Shown here in pieces: positions 27,157 to 36,524 of a stretch of 36,753 bases of DNA. Source of the stretch: a virus (Duplodnaviria > Caudoviricetes); IMG/VR virus record IMGVR_UViG_3300012940_000057, positions 1 to 36,753 of that record; one strand, 5' to 3'. Made by a program: the position numbers and the translations under genes. Below the pieces are notes generated by a model. That model did not search any database. It saw nothing but the letters and a program-made list of their open reading frames with translations, and was not told the origin of the DNA. Each line of letters begins with the position of its first letter. Positions within the stretch are counted from its first letter, which is position 1.

Positions 27157-28658
27157 CATTGCATATCATTTACAACCGTTGTCCAGCCTATTTCTTTCCA
27201 TGAGTTTGTATTCAAGTCTACCGATAAAACAAGGATTGGAAGGTTAGAGGAAGTATTTGTTAATCCTCTTCTATTCTTTGAAACGAACATTAAATAATAA
27301 TTTTTCATTGGATTAATTTTAACTCGTTTTTTCTCAAAGCTTTCAATTTCTAATTTATTATCACCAGTTTTTTCACTTTCATGCATTGGTCTTAAATGGC
27401 AACAAAGATCCACAGTATTTTTTATTTTTTTTGCATCACCAATAACCGTATAATCTAAAAATTTGGCATTGATATATGAATCAGCATTTTGCACAGTACA
27501 GAAAATTCCCATATCTAAATTATCTTTTCTCGACAACTTGTATATCATCTCAAAGTCATCTACAAATTGCACCCATCTTTCACGATTTCCTCTATTTTCA
27601 GACGGTTTACATGTATCAATTACAGCAAAATCATATCCTTTTCTTTTATAAAAACGTAAGGTTTGTTCAACAGCTTGCATAGTATAATGTTCAATTGGAA
27701 TAAATTTAATTAACTCTTCATCTTCAACATTCTCTTTAATCCATTCCAAAGCCCGATCAATTCGTGCCTTATCCTTTTCAATAAATTTTCCACTATCTAA
27801 TGACCTCCTATTAAAGACTTTGTTGTATTTTTCCATAAATTCTTCATGCAAAGGATTTCCCATAATCGTAACTAATAACAATTTTTGATAAGCTTCTATA
27901 TCCATTTCATTCGCAATAATCACTAGCTTTTGTTTCTGTTTAATAAATGTCATAATTATGGAATAAACGACAAAGCTTGATTTTCCCATGCCGGAAAAAG
28001 CAGACAACAAATAGACTACCCCTTTTACCCACCCATTCATAATTTGTGTGAAATGATTTAATCCGTAAAATGGAAGTCCTACATTATTGTCATCATCTAA
28101 TTTTGTTATCAGCTTATCTATATTACTCAACAGATTATATTCTTTAATTTGAGAATCACTGACATTCATTTGAAGTTTGGCTAATTTATCTGTCCAATAA
28201 TTATCAATTTCTTGCCTTGTCATTTCTTTATAATTGTATTTTGGAGTCTTTTCAAGAACTTGATCACCAAATAATTCTCTCAGTCCACGCAGTAATGCAT
28301 ACTTTTTAACCTCTTGAAAATAAAGTTCTATATTTTCTTCCAGTCCTTTTGTTACACTCATTAATTCATTTATGGTTTCATATCCACCATATTTTTTATA
28401 CTTCTTTTGGCAATTAGTATCCTTTACTATTTTCGCTACAGTGATTTCATCAAAGACTTGAATACCTCTTTTAAACATATGTCTACCAAGTCCATGATAA
28501 AATTTCCAAATTTCATTTCCGATATGATCAATGTGTAATTTTTCTACACCGTAAGTTGCATATAAGCTAGGCATCCCCCACATTGTACCAACTAATAATG
28601 ATTCAGAAATATATACATCATCATATAAAACATCATCAGATATTTTGATTTCTTCCAA
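27156..28658 (-). CDS. DnaB-like replicative helicase (SPbeta YorI-like)
   Basis: Walker A AFSGMGKS, IANEM, VIDT, TVQ, KNRRG. Adjacent to the primase. Confidence 0.85.
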   Translation of the reverse strand: MEEIKISDDVLYDDVYISESLLVGTMWGMPSLYATYGVEKLHIDHIGNEIWKFYHGLGRHMFKRGIQVFDEITVAKIVKDTNCQKKYKKYGGYETINELMSVTKGLEENIELYFQEVKKYALLRGLRELFGDQVLEKTPKYNYKEMTRQEIDNYWTDKLAKLQMNVSDSQIKEYNLLSNIDKLITKLDDDNNVGLPFYGLNHFTQIMNGWVKGVVYLLSAFSGMGKSSFVVYSIIMTFIKQKQKLVIIANEMDIEAYQKLLLVTIMGNPLHEEFMEKYNKVFNRRSLDSGKFIEKDKARIDRALEWIKENVEDEELIKFIPIEHYTMQAVEQTLRFYKRKGYDFAVIDTCKPSENRGNRERWVQFVDDFEMIYKLSRKDNLDMGIFCTVQNADSYINAKFLDYTVIGDAKKIKNTVDLCCHLRPMHESEKTGDNKLEIESFEKKRVKINPMKNYYLMFVSKNRRGLTNTSSNLPILVLSVDLNTNSWKEIGWTTVVNDMQ

Positions 28659-28679
28659 TGACTTTCCCCTCCTTGTGTG

Positions 28680-29213
28680 CTATGATTTGGGGAATTTTTT
28701 CAATGGTTCTACTTCATAGTCGCTGTAACTATGATCAGGATTGACATATAAATTTTCTTTTATTTTCTGCTTTTTAATTTCTTTAAAAGCATCATTGATT
28801 TTCGATTCTATGATTTTAAATCCATACATTAATTCGGAAATGCTGGATTTGAATGTTTTATTTCCCTTTGCCCATTGAATCTTTTTCCTGCTCATTTCAT
28901 AGGCTTTTTTGATTATATGATAAGGTACTCCTTTCTTAAATTTTTTAATCTCTTTTCCATGAAGCGTAATAGTACCATTCCTCAAATTTTGAAGATGAAC
29001 AAAAAAGGCTTTCGGTACATCAATTATTTTGTGCATCTCTTTGATCACGTTATATAATTCATCTAACTCTTTTACTTCATTATTTTTAAATTCCCAACAT
29101 TCGTGATGATAATACATTGGTCTTTTCTTTTCCGTTCCTGCCCAATGGATATGCATTTCCGATTTCGGAGATTTCTTTTTACAATGTCTACAGATAACAT
29201 TTCGATTACTCAA
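28680..29213 (-). CDS. Zn-binding replication protein, putative helicase loader (YorH-like)
   Basis: N-terminal CRHC...HHEC. Located directly upstream of the helicase. Confidence 0.6.
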   Translation of the reverse strand: MSNRNVICRHCKKKSPKSEMHIHWAGTEKKRPMYYHHECWEFKNNEVKELDELYNVIKEMHKIIDVPKAFFVHLQNLRNGTITLHGKEIKKFKKGVPYHIIKKAYEMSRKKIQWAKGNKTFKSSISELMYGFKIIESKINDAFKEIKKQKIKENLYVNPDHSYSDYEVEPLKKFPKS

Positions 29214-29749
29214 AATGCTCTCTCCTTCAACGAAAACAATATCCTTTCTGCATTTTCATTAGAGTCTATTGATTGCAATGTCATATCTGCTTCTAAGTCA
29301 AAGTTTTTAAAATCTTCTCTATCTGATTTGATTCTTCTAAATATTTCATCAATATCATCCTGTCTTGTTAACATTCTCATGATTCTTTCACGTTCATTTA
29401 CTTTGATATAATAGGATCTAACATATTCTTTTCCGATTTTCTTAATCAATTCTCGGTATCCTTGTGGTGTTAGTACCAGCGTGTAATGTCTCTTTTTGTA
29501 GTCAATATCTTTTAAAGATATTCCATAAAACCATTCATTTTCTTCAATGTAATAATATTCAACAAAAAAACCTTCTTTTAATTTATGCCTAAATTCATCA
29601 TTAGATATAAAATGGTAATGTTTCCCATTCTTTTCGTAAAATCTTTTTGGTCTAGTTGTATAAGTTTTCAATGACGGAATATAAAAATCCAAATATTTTT
29701 GTATGGTAGATTTTCCACTTCCACTTTCACCTAAAATGCAATGTAACAT
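29210..29749 (-). CDS. gmk: Guanylate kinase-like NMP kinase
   Basis: GESGSGKST, YTTRPKR, NGKHYHFIS, WFYG, RMLTRQD. Confidence 0.88.
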   Translation of the reverse strand: MLHCILGESGSGKSTIQKYLDFYIPSLKTYTTRPKRFYEKNGKHYHFISNDEFRHKLKEGFFVEYYYIEENEWFYGISLKDIDYKKRHYTLVLTPQGYRELIKKIGKEYVRSYYIKVNERERIMRMLTRQDDIDEIFRRIKSDREDFKNFDLEADMTLQSIDSNENAERILFSLKERAF

Positions 29750-29797
29750 TGAATTTACCCCCAATATAAAAAATTTGGAGAAACGAGAATAGAAAAA

Positions 29798-30847
29798 CTA
29801 TTCTCGCTCATTTACACTCTTAACTAATTCAATAGCTTTTTCTAATTCATCATCATTGTATTTTTTGTAATTCACTGATCCAAAAGTTTCCTTAAATAGT
29901 TTCTTTACTTCTGTCTGTACTTCTGAACTCATTTCTTTGATTTTATTTCCAATCTCTTCTACTAAATTAAGTGTGGTATTTTTTTTAGTTTCTGATTCAA
30001 TAAATTCTTTTGCTTCAATTTCTTTTTCTCTTGCCTGTTCTTCTTTTGCTTTCTGTACTGCTTGTACATCATGATCGTAGACATTTAATACTGCTTCTGA
30101 AAATACATCTAGAAATGCCTTTGCATTATAAGAAATAGTATCCGGCACATTTTGGAAACGACTTCCGGCTTCAATGTCACTATCACTTCTTAGATAAATG
30201 ACACGATTATCTTTCAATTCGTCACCCTCCTTGACTTTCTCTATGGAGATGTATATAATAAAGTCACACATATTGATGATGCTATTTCTTACTCTAGTTG
30301 GCAGACTTAGAGTAGTTTTATCAAATTGAGTACCATCACGACTTGTAAATTGTTTGGTTGTATCATGTGTGATCATAAAAATTCCGTATCCTGCTCCAAT
30401 GATGCTATTTAAAAACTTAGACATTAATGTGTCTACCGTTGCGTATCCTTGCCCCCAAGCTATATCTGCAATTGTTTGTATTTTAGAATCTTTTTTCGCA
30501 AGCCTTTCTTTTTTTACCACATAATCCGCACAATATTCATAGAGATAATCCAGCGTATCTATTCCGATCCATTCATATGACAGTTCGTCTTTATTTTCAA
30601 TTAATTGTCTTTTTAATTCTTCAACATCTTTCCATGATGTAATATCAACAGCGTGAATATTCGGTAACGCTTTGTAGCCTTTTTCTGTAGCAATTAATAG
30701 TGCCTTGCTTAAATCTCCATCAAAATGCTCTTTTGCTAATTCGTAAAAGAGTGTAGTTTTTCCTGATTTCCCCACTCCATAACAAAGTATTACATAATCA
30801 GATAAATTAGCTTTTGGTTTATTCGGTTGTAAATTCAATAAATCCAA
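29798..30847 (-). CDS. AAA-family ATPase (Sak4/YorG-like recombination protein)
   Basis: GVGKSGKTT, ATEKG, IGIDT, WGQGY, MITH, AGSRF. Confidence 0.8.
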   Translation of the reverse strand: MDLLNLQPNKPKANLSDYVILCYGVGKSGKTTLFYELAKEHFDGDLSKALLIATEKGYKALPNIHAVDITSWKDVEELKRQLIENKDELSYEWIGIDTLDYLYEYCADYVVKKERLAKKDSKIQTIADIAWGQGYATVDTLMSKFLNSIIGAGYGIFMITHDTTKQFTSRDGTQFDKTTLSLPTRVRNSIINMCDFIIYISIEKVKEGDELKDNRVIYLRSDSDIEAGSRFQNVPDTISYNAKAFLDVFSEAVLNVYDHDVQAVQKAKEEQAREKEIEAKEFIESETKKNTTLNLVEEIGNKIKEMSSEVQTEVKKLFKETFGSVNYKKYNDDELEKAIELVKSVNERE

Positions 30848-30900
30848 TATAATCTCTCCTTTATCTAAGTTGAATCGATCTAGTTGTAAAATAAGTAAGA

Positions 30901-31917
30901 TTATTCAGAAAATTGAAAATCGTCATCTTCCTCAAAATCATCATCATCTTCAAATTCATCATCTTCTTCATTTGGATCTTCACCATAATTTTCTTCTTCT
31001 TCTGTAAATAAATCTGCTTCTGTATACTTTTGCGGTTCATAGGAATCTTTATCAACATTCACGATCTGTAATTCATTGATATATTCCTTGATGTAATGAT
31101 CTTCCATTCCTTCCGGTGTTTCTCCACCCCAATCGTCATCTTCTTCAACTTCTATTTTTTCTTCCTTCTCAATAGTTTCACTGATAATCCAACCTTTTAC
31201 ATTGATCCAATCCCCAAATTTCAAGTTCTTCTTCAATGTTTTTGCAAACTTTTTCAATCGTTCTGAATCAACGACAAATACTGCATCTGCTAAATCGCCT
31301 TTATACTTAATAATTTTGGCATGAATGAATAATTTACCATCCTCTTCCATTAATTCGTTTACAACAATATCTTGTTTGAAAAAAGCATGAGGAACAAAAT
31401 CTTCATCATTAAAATCAATTTCATTTTCTTCTTTTCTGATAGAAGTGATCCGGAAAGAAGTTTTATTAATCCATTCTCCATGCTGGTTCTCAAATTCAGA
31501 AAAATCTGTTTGCCCTTTAACAAAAACCGTATCACCGTCATTAAAATTTTCTCGAATATAATCAATGGCATCATATTCAATTAAGACTTTCCGATCATTT
31601 TTCTTACCACTAGCATTGATATTTACACCCATTAATTGATACCCTTTTAAATTCACTTTGTTACGATTTTCAAATGATACCCTTTTACTTTGTTTGGCTT
31701 TTGAATTATAAAAAATTACATCCCTTTCCATACCGAACATTTCAACTTTCACTCTATTGGTTGGTGAAGTTTGAATAAAAAATGATAAGGATTTGTAATC
31801 TTTATCTGTAGATGTTACACCCTCCCGAACAGCATAATCACTTTTTAATCCTTCGATCTTTCCTCTTAATGTAAAAGAGCCTTTTGTTTCTTTTAATTTT
31901 TTTACTTCTACCGTCAA
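30901..31917 (-). CDS. SSB-like OB-fold protein with acidic tail (YorF-like)
   Basis: Very acidic, Phe-containing C-terminus. Located before the AAA/helicase/primase cluster. TTG start after RBS GAAAGGTGG. Confidence 0.6.
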   Translation of the reverse strand: MTVEVKKLKETKGSFTLRGKIEGLKSDYAVREGVTSTDKDYKSLSFFIQTSPTNRVKVEMFGMERDVIFYNSKAKQSKRVSFENRNKVNLKGYQLMGVNINASGKKNDRKVLIEYDAIDYIRENFNDGDTVFVKGQTDFSEFENQHGEWINKTSFRITSIRKEENEIDFNDEDFVPHAFFKQDIVVNELMEEDGKLFIHAKIIKYKGDLADAVFVVDSERLKKFAKTLKKNLKFGDWINVKGWIISETIEKEEKIEVEEDDDWGGETPEGMEDHYIKEYINELQIVNVDKDSYEPQKYTEADLFTEEEENYGEDPNEEDDEFEDDDDFEEDDDFQFSE

Positions 31918-31991
31918 TGGAATTACCACCTTTCATTTTTTCAACAACACAATTAGTATTTGTAATATTCTGATTTCTTATGTCTTGGAAA

Positions 31992-32489
31992 TTATGGTAA
32001 TTGTGACAAACTCTTGCCAGCCAAAATTGAATTGATCAATTTATTTTTTTGATGAAAATCAAAGACTTGTTTAAGCGTAAATTTCTTTTCAAACAATGGA
32101 TACATCATACTTCTTTCTACTGTACGAGAATGAGGATAAAGAAATAATTTTTCAATTGCCCTCCTTTCATATCTTTCAAAATCCTTTTGGAATTGTTCAA
32201 AAGAATAATTTCGATTTTTCATCTTGTAGGATCTAAATTCTGCAATTGCCATCATGCAATTTGAATATTGATATAAATACTCTTCAATAAATTTGATAAG
32301 ATCCTCATTCGATTCAATCATAATAGCTAAGTATTTTTTTGCATAAGAAGGTAAACAAGCAGTATCTTGTAGTAAATCAATCATTAACTGTTTCCTCCTT
32401 CCTTTGTAAAAATATCTTGTGTAAATTTCCTCAATTAATTCCCAAATGAATTGTTTAAATATTGGAAAATAAGTTTCAAATTTTGACAA
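31992..32489 (-). CDS. Hypothetical protein (start uncertain)
   Basis: 165-aa ORF co-oriented with neighbours. The TTG lies in a terminator tail. Confidence 0.5.
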   Translation of the reverse strand: MSKFETYFPIFKQFIWELIEEIYTRYFYKGRRKQLMIDLLQDTACLPSYAKKYLAIMIESNEDLIKFIEEYLYQYSNCMMAIAEFRSYKMKNRNYSFEQFQKDFERYERRAIEKLFLYPHSRTVERSMMYPLFEKKFTLKQVFDFHQKNKLINSILAGKSLSQLP

Positions 32490-32494
32490 AAAAA

Positions 32495-32522
32495 AATAGA
32501 CAACCTTTCCGGCTGTCTATTT
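32495..32522 (-). terminator. Intrinsic terminator after the repressor gene
   Basis: AAATAGACA/TGTCTATTT stem with a long T tail on the - strand. Confidence 0.75.
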
Positions 32523-32557
32523 ATACAAATATAAATTTTTATTTCAATACTAAATCT

Positions 32558-33553
32558 TTATTTTTTTTTTACATGTGGATAATACTTAAAAATATTTTCC
32601 TCATTTAAATAATCTCTCATAGTCCAATGTTCTCTGACTCCAAAATGTTTACAGATCATTCTGATTTGAGCAATTTCAATTTTTCCATATTCTTCATAAA
32701 GCTTACTTGCCATATATAGCTGTCCACTTTTAACAATATTTTTTATCGTAATTTTATGTTTAACAGGTTCTACTTCTTGGAATTTCTGTATATTTTTTAA
32801 ACGATTATAAATTGTATATTTTGTAGCTTTATCAGTATAAACAGTACGTGTCTTACTATTTTTCAAAATATAATTGGTATCTGTAATTAATTCTGTAAAT
32901 GGTTTAATCCTGGGATTTACTTCCATTTCTCCATTACGTTTATCATAATGTTCTTCTTTGTTTGCCTTTTTACAGTATTCAAATACTTTTTCATCATTCA
33001 AAAAGATAGTCCTTCTTGTATTTGTTTCACTATCATACAAGTTCATACTCATAGTATTTTCATCAATATCTTCTAACTTTAAATTGCAAAGTTCGCTACC
33101 TTCTTTTCCTTGAACTCCATGAAAAAGCAGTTCTAAAATAACCCCATCTTGATAATTTTGAAAATAAAAATGAGTAAAATATCTTAATTCTTTAATGGTC
33201 AAAAATTGATCTTCATGAGATTTTACATATTTTAAAAAGTAATGTTGTTGTGCTGGAAACGGATGCTCTTTGATTATTCCTTCTTCAACAGCCCATGCAA
33301 TATATTGAATGACCATTCTTCCATAGTTCCGAGCAGAAATTGGAGTTGACGGTGTAGTTTTTTCAAAAAATTCATCTAATTGATTTTTATTAAAAAGATA
33401 TAAATCTTTATTCAGCTCTCCCTCCATTTCAAAAGTATTTCTAAATATTCGCATAAATGCCCTTTGAGTATTAATATTTGTATACTTATTAAGAAATTTC
33501 ATCTTATCTTTGATATTATATACATTTGTAAAATCTAATTGGTTATCCACCAT
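32558..33553 (-). CDS. Tyrosine-recombinase-fold protein, SPbeta YopR/MrpR-like repressor
   Basis: K.KFL.KY, E..L.KDLY.F, NYQD.VI.ELLF.G..G...SEL.NL...DI, T.KNI..SG.L.MA pattern and size recalled from YopR. Lacks the R and HxxR catalytic motifs. Confidence 0.75.
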   Translation of the reverse strand: MVDNQLDFTNVYNIKDKMKFLNKYTNINTQRAFMRIFRNTFEMEGELNKDLYLFNKNQLDEFFEKTTPSTPISARNYGRMVIQYIAWAVEEGIIKEHPFPAQQHYFLKYVKSHEDQFLTIKELRYFTHFYFQNYQDGVILELLFHGVQGKEGSELCNLKLEDIDENTMSMNLYDSETNTRRTIFLNDEKVFEYCKKANKEEHYDKRNGEMEVNPRIKPFTELITDTNYILKNSKTRTVYTDKATKYTIYNRLKNIQKFQEVEPVKHKITIKNIVKSGQLYMASKLYEEYGKIEIAQIRMICKHFGVREHWTMRDYLNEENIFKYYPHVKKK

Positions 33554-33585
33554 ATTCTTCACCTTTTCCGTTGTTTGTTATTTAT

Positions 33586-33632
33586 ATTATACTTTAATAA
33601 CTATTTAATGTAAAGCATATTTTGTTATTTGT
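33586..33632 (-). promoter_or_regulatory. Sigma-A promoter of the repressor gene with operator-like repeat at -35
   Basis: TTTACA(33614-33609)-17 bp-TATAAT(33591-33586). Motif variant AAGCATATTTTGTTATTTGT at 33613-33632. Confidence 0.7.
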
Positions 33633-33689
33633 AGAAGGTAATTAAAGCAAAAATAGCCAATCTTCAAAGATTGACTACTAGCATTTTGT

Positions 33690-33917
33690 TTAATTATGTT
33701 TATTTTGTTGTATTTTGGTATAAATTTTATCAATAAATTCATCCATATCTCCAAATTCAAAATCAATCTCAAACAATTTTGGCTCTTTTAACATTGGAGA
33801 TTTAACAACACAATACCAATGATATTTATCTGATAAAGAATAATAAATATCGAAATTACTTTTGGAATATAATATTGGATCTGCATGTTCTAAAAATTCT
33901 TCTACTGTTATATCCAT
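33690..33917 (-). CDS. Hypothetical protein (start MDITVEE)
   Basis: RBS AAGGTGG before the ATG at 33917. Confidence 0.6.
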   Translation of the reverse strand: MDITVEEFLEHADPILYSKSNFDIYYSLSDKYHWYCVVKSPMLKEPKLFEIDFEFGDMDEFIDKIYTKIQQNKHN

Positions 33918-33939
33918 TAAAAAAACCACCTTAATGATG

Positions 33940-34359
33940 TCATAATAATGATACAATTCCTAGTATGCCCGATCCCATTCCTAATATGCTAAGAATTACT
34001 ATATATATCCCCATCCGTCTGAATTGTCTAAATTTTAAAACATTGAAAATATTCCAGCCATTTATTAAAATTGCACCAATATTACAAATGATCAAATATA
34101 TGTTTGCAAAAGGTATTAATTCCGGATAAAAGACAACAGATAAGCCAGTTAATATCATTGATCCTAAAAATACAAACATGGTAATAAAAACAATTTTCAA
34201 TCTTCTTTTATGTATTTCATATGCCTTGATTTCCGTTTCAAGCATTTTATTGATCATTTCTATATGTATGTCAAAATTTGATATGCCTTCTAATTGTTTT
34301 TTTATAATTATGTCTGTAATGTCAATGACAGTATTATTTGAATCTTCTTTTTCATTCAA
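33940..34359 (-). CDS. Membrane protein with about 3 TM helices
   Basis: Three hydrophobic segments in the C-terminal half. RBS AAGGGTGG. Confidence 0.7.
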   Translation of the reverse strand: MNEKEDSNNTVIDITDIIIKKQLEGISNFDIHIEMINKMLETEIKAYEIHKRRLKIVFITMFVFLGSMILTGLSVVFYPELIPFANIYLIICNIGAILINGWNIFNVLKFRQFRRMGIYIVILSILGMGSGILGIVSLL

Positions 34360-34443
34360 GGATTATCCACCCTTTCTTCATCAAGTGTAAATTCAATTCT
34401 TTTCATCTTTTTGAAATTCCACCGAAAATGATATGTAGATTCT
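34356..34443 (-). CDS. Exon 2 of intron-split hypothetical gene
   Basis: Joins exon 1 in frame: GT|A GAA TCT gives VESTYHFRWNFKKMKRIEFTLDEERVDNP*. The stop overlaps the next start. Confidence 0.75.
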
Positions 34444-34987
34444 ATAGTGATAGGTAGGTTTCATCTTCACCATTATGTGTTAAGACTACTCCCTTTCCCC
34501 CACTCCACACCGTACGTGCGACTTTCACCGCATACGGCGTTCCCTATTTCCTAGTATAAGTAATACTTAGGTGCTTCCTATAAGCCTGTTGGTTTATATT
34601 GTCATTGTTCAATATAAGGTTTTTCATAGGATGTATTATTACTCAACCTCACCAACGTCACTCTATGTGACTAAACAATCATCCCAGATTGTCAATCGGA
34701 TTATAGACTCGTACATTCGGAAGTTCGTCAGTGGTTTTAAACCACATTCTCACCATATATTACTACCACCCACTTACTCTAACTTCTTGTTCTTATTCCA
34801 ATTGGTTTCAGTGACTTTATCCTGCTCTATACTACATCTTAATGGTTTAATTTGTAGCATAAGGAAGTATCAGTGTAGAAGTTTCAAGGTAACATGACAC
34901 CTATCATTCCTTCTATCGGAAATACAGTTTTCTAATAAGCAATCCCAAAGAATATTTCTATTCTAATTTCATGCTAACGCTTCGCAC
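34444..34987 (-). mobile_element. Group II intron, ORF-less, 544 nt, apparently internally deleted
   Basis: 5' GTGCG at 34987. Domain V ACGCCGTATGCGGTGAAAGTCGCACGTACGGTGT (34540-34507). Domain VI ends CCTATCACTAT at 34444. EBS1 ACATCC (34634-34629) is complementary to exon end GGATGT. Confidence 0.92.
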
Positions 34988-35496
34988 ACATCCCATCCAT
35001 ATAAATTTCTCAATCGTTTTTGTTTCCAATTTTCTTCTAATTCTTCCCCATAATAAGGATCACCAAAAAAACCACCCCCATGCCTTGTAACTTTTTGACC
35101 ATATGATGTTAGATGTACTGCATCATAATCCTGTGACATTTTTTCAAAATCAATACCTTCTTTTTCTAAATCAGGAAAATCTTCAAATAGATTATACCCA
35201 TATTTATCAAACAAAACGTGCATGTCTTTTAAAGAATCAATAATATAAATTTTTAAATCATCTTTCGGTTCTAATAAACAACCTCTCCATTTTCCATTAA
35301 GATACGAATAAAGATTTGTTTGCTTGCAGAATTGAATCCATTCACTACCTAATTCTTCCCCTAACCATGTTGAAGTCCATAGTCCTCCTGTACCTTTAAT
35401 ACCGGTTCTATAATTTTTTACAGGCTGAATTAAATCCTTATGCAAGGGCAGATGATAATCTTCACTTACCCATAATTGAGTTGATAATTTAAACAT
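34988..35496 (-). CDS. Exon 1 of intron-split hypothetical phage protein (198 aa if spliced)
   Basis: KGTGGLWTS...SEW...IDFEKM...YDAVHLT...LYGWD. Unspliced, it ends 7 codons into the intron at 34969. Confidence 0.8.
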
Positions 35497-36025
35497 TATT
35501 CGATTCCTCTTTCTTACGTTTATTACGATATTCTATATTGTAGTGAAAGTTACATAAACCTTTTGCATAGTGAAGTCCAATACAACCCTCAACTGAACAA
35601 AGTTTTGAGTTTTGATTTTTGAAAAGATTTAAATTTCTGTATCTATATTGCTGGTAATGCTTATTGCATAATTTTCTAGCTACAGCTTGATTTTCGCAAC
35701 CTTCTTCACTACATATAATAATTTCTTTATTTGGATTAGATTTCCTTCCTTTTTTTGTCTTTTTAATTGTAGTTTCTTCCTGTACGACTTTCCATAAATC
35801 TTCAACACTCACCCCAAAAAATTCAGCAATTTTGATTGCAACAGGCAAGGAAGGAAGGATAACATTATTTTTAATTTGTTTAACAGTACCCCATGATACT
35901 TCTGCTACTTCTCCAATTTGTTCCAATATTTCTTGTATAGTTATTTCCTCATTAGTTTTTAAAAATACATCCCTTTGATATTTTTTTATTGCTTCATCTA
36001 AATAGGATATGGTTATTAATGTCAT
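35489..36025 (-). CDS. XRE-like HTH protein with two C-terminal Cys/His zinc motifs
   Basis: PSLPVAIKIAEFFGVSVEDLW; CSEEGC...LCNKHY and CSVEGC...LCNFHY. Confidence 0.75.
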   Translation of the reverse strand: MTLITISYLDEAIKKYQRDVFLKTNEEITIQEILEQIGEVAEVSWGTVKQIKNNVILPSLPVAIKIAEFFGVSVEDLWKVVQEETTIKKTKKGRKSNPNKEIIICSEEGCENQAVARKLCNKHYQQYRYRNLNLFKNQNSKLCSVEGCIGLHYAKGLCNFHYNIEYRNKRKKEESNNV

Positions 36026-36029
36026 TATC

Positions 36030-36524
36030 TCACTCCCAATAATTTATATCACTAATTTGATTATCAAATTCAAGTAAGTAATTATCAATATCTTTTTTAA
36101 TCTTTAATAAAGTATTTGCTTCATCAATAAGATAATATTCATAATCTCGAATAAGATTGACTGTATTAATTAATTCATTCAGTTCAACATTTTCCAGCTT
36201 TTCCATTTCATCAAATTTTTGTTGAGTTATTTCTAAATTATTAATTATATCTATTAAAGATTCTGTATGATTTGTATTTATAAATTCAATAAAATCATTT
36301 GTACAATGGACAATTATATTATTTAATAAATGATTACATATGATTTGTTGCACACCATATGATAATTCTTTTTGTTTTAAAACTAATCGAGAATTAAAGA
36401 TCCATTTCTCCATTTTAATATTGTCCGGAATAGAGGAAAACGGAAAAGAATAAGTATAAATAAAAGAGCCATCTTTTGTAATAAACTGATTAATAATTTG
36501 TATTGCTTCTTCCCTAGTTAAAAT
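36030..36524 (-). CDS. Hypothetical protein, probable ATT start (ORF-track ATG at 36413)
   Basis: Strong RBS GAAAGGAGG followed by in-frame ATT codons and an open frame to 36413. Confidence 0.55.
   Translation of the reverse strand: MLTREEAIQIINQFITKDGSFIYTYSFPFSSIPDNIKMEKWIFNSRLVLKQKELSYGVQQIICNHLLNNIIVHCTNDFIEFINTNHTESLIDIINNLEITQQKFDEMEKLENVELNELINTVNLIRDYEYYLIDEANTLLKIKKDIDNYLLEFDNQISDINYWE

Noticed and set aside
30905-31010. TCA/TCT triplet-like repeats
   Set aside because: They simply encode the Asp/Glu-rich tail of the SSB-like protein.
32558-33553. Active tyrosine integrase call
   Set aside because: Catalytic R and HxxR motifs are not present; the pattern fits the YopR/MrpR repressor type better.
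63-34390. Many short ORF-track entries antisense or out of frame to long genes (e.g. 63-296, 953-1228, 4254-4586, 5784-6032, 8425-8619, 19494-19721, 29103-29411, 30861-31058, 34178-34390)
   Set aside because: They overlap well-supported genes, lack an RBS and show no protein motifs; treated as shadow ORFs.
34571-34897. 108-aa ORF as an intron-encoded protein
   Set aside because: It is antisense to the intron and has no RT or maturase motifs.
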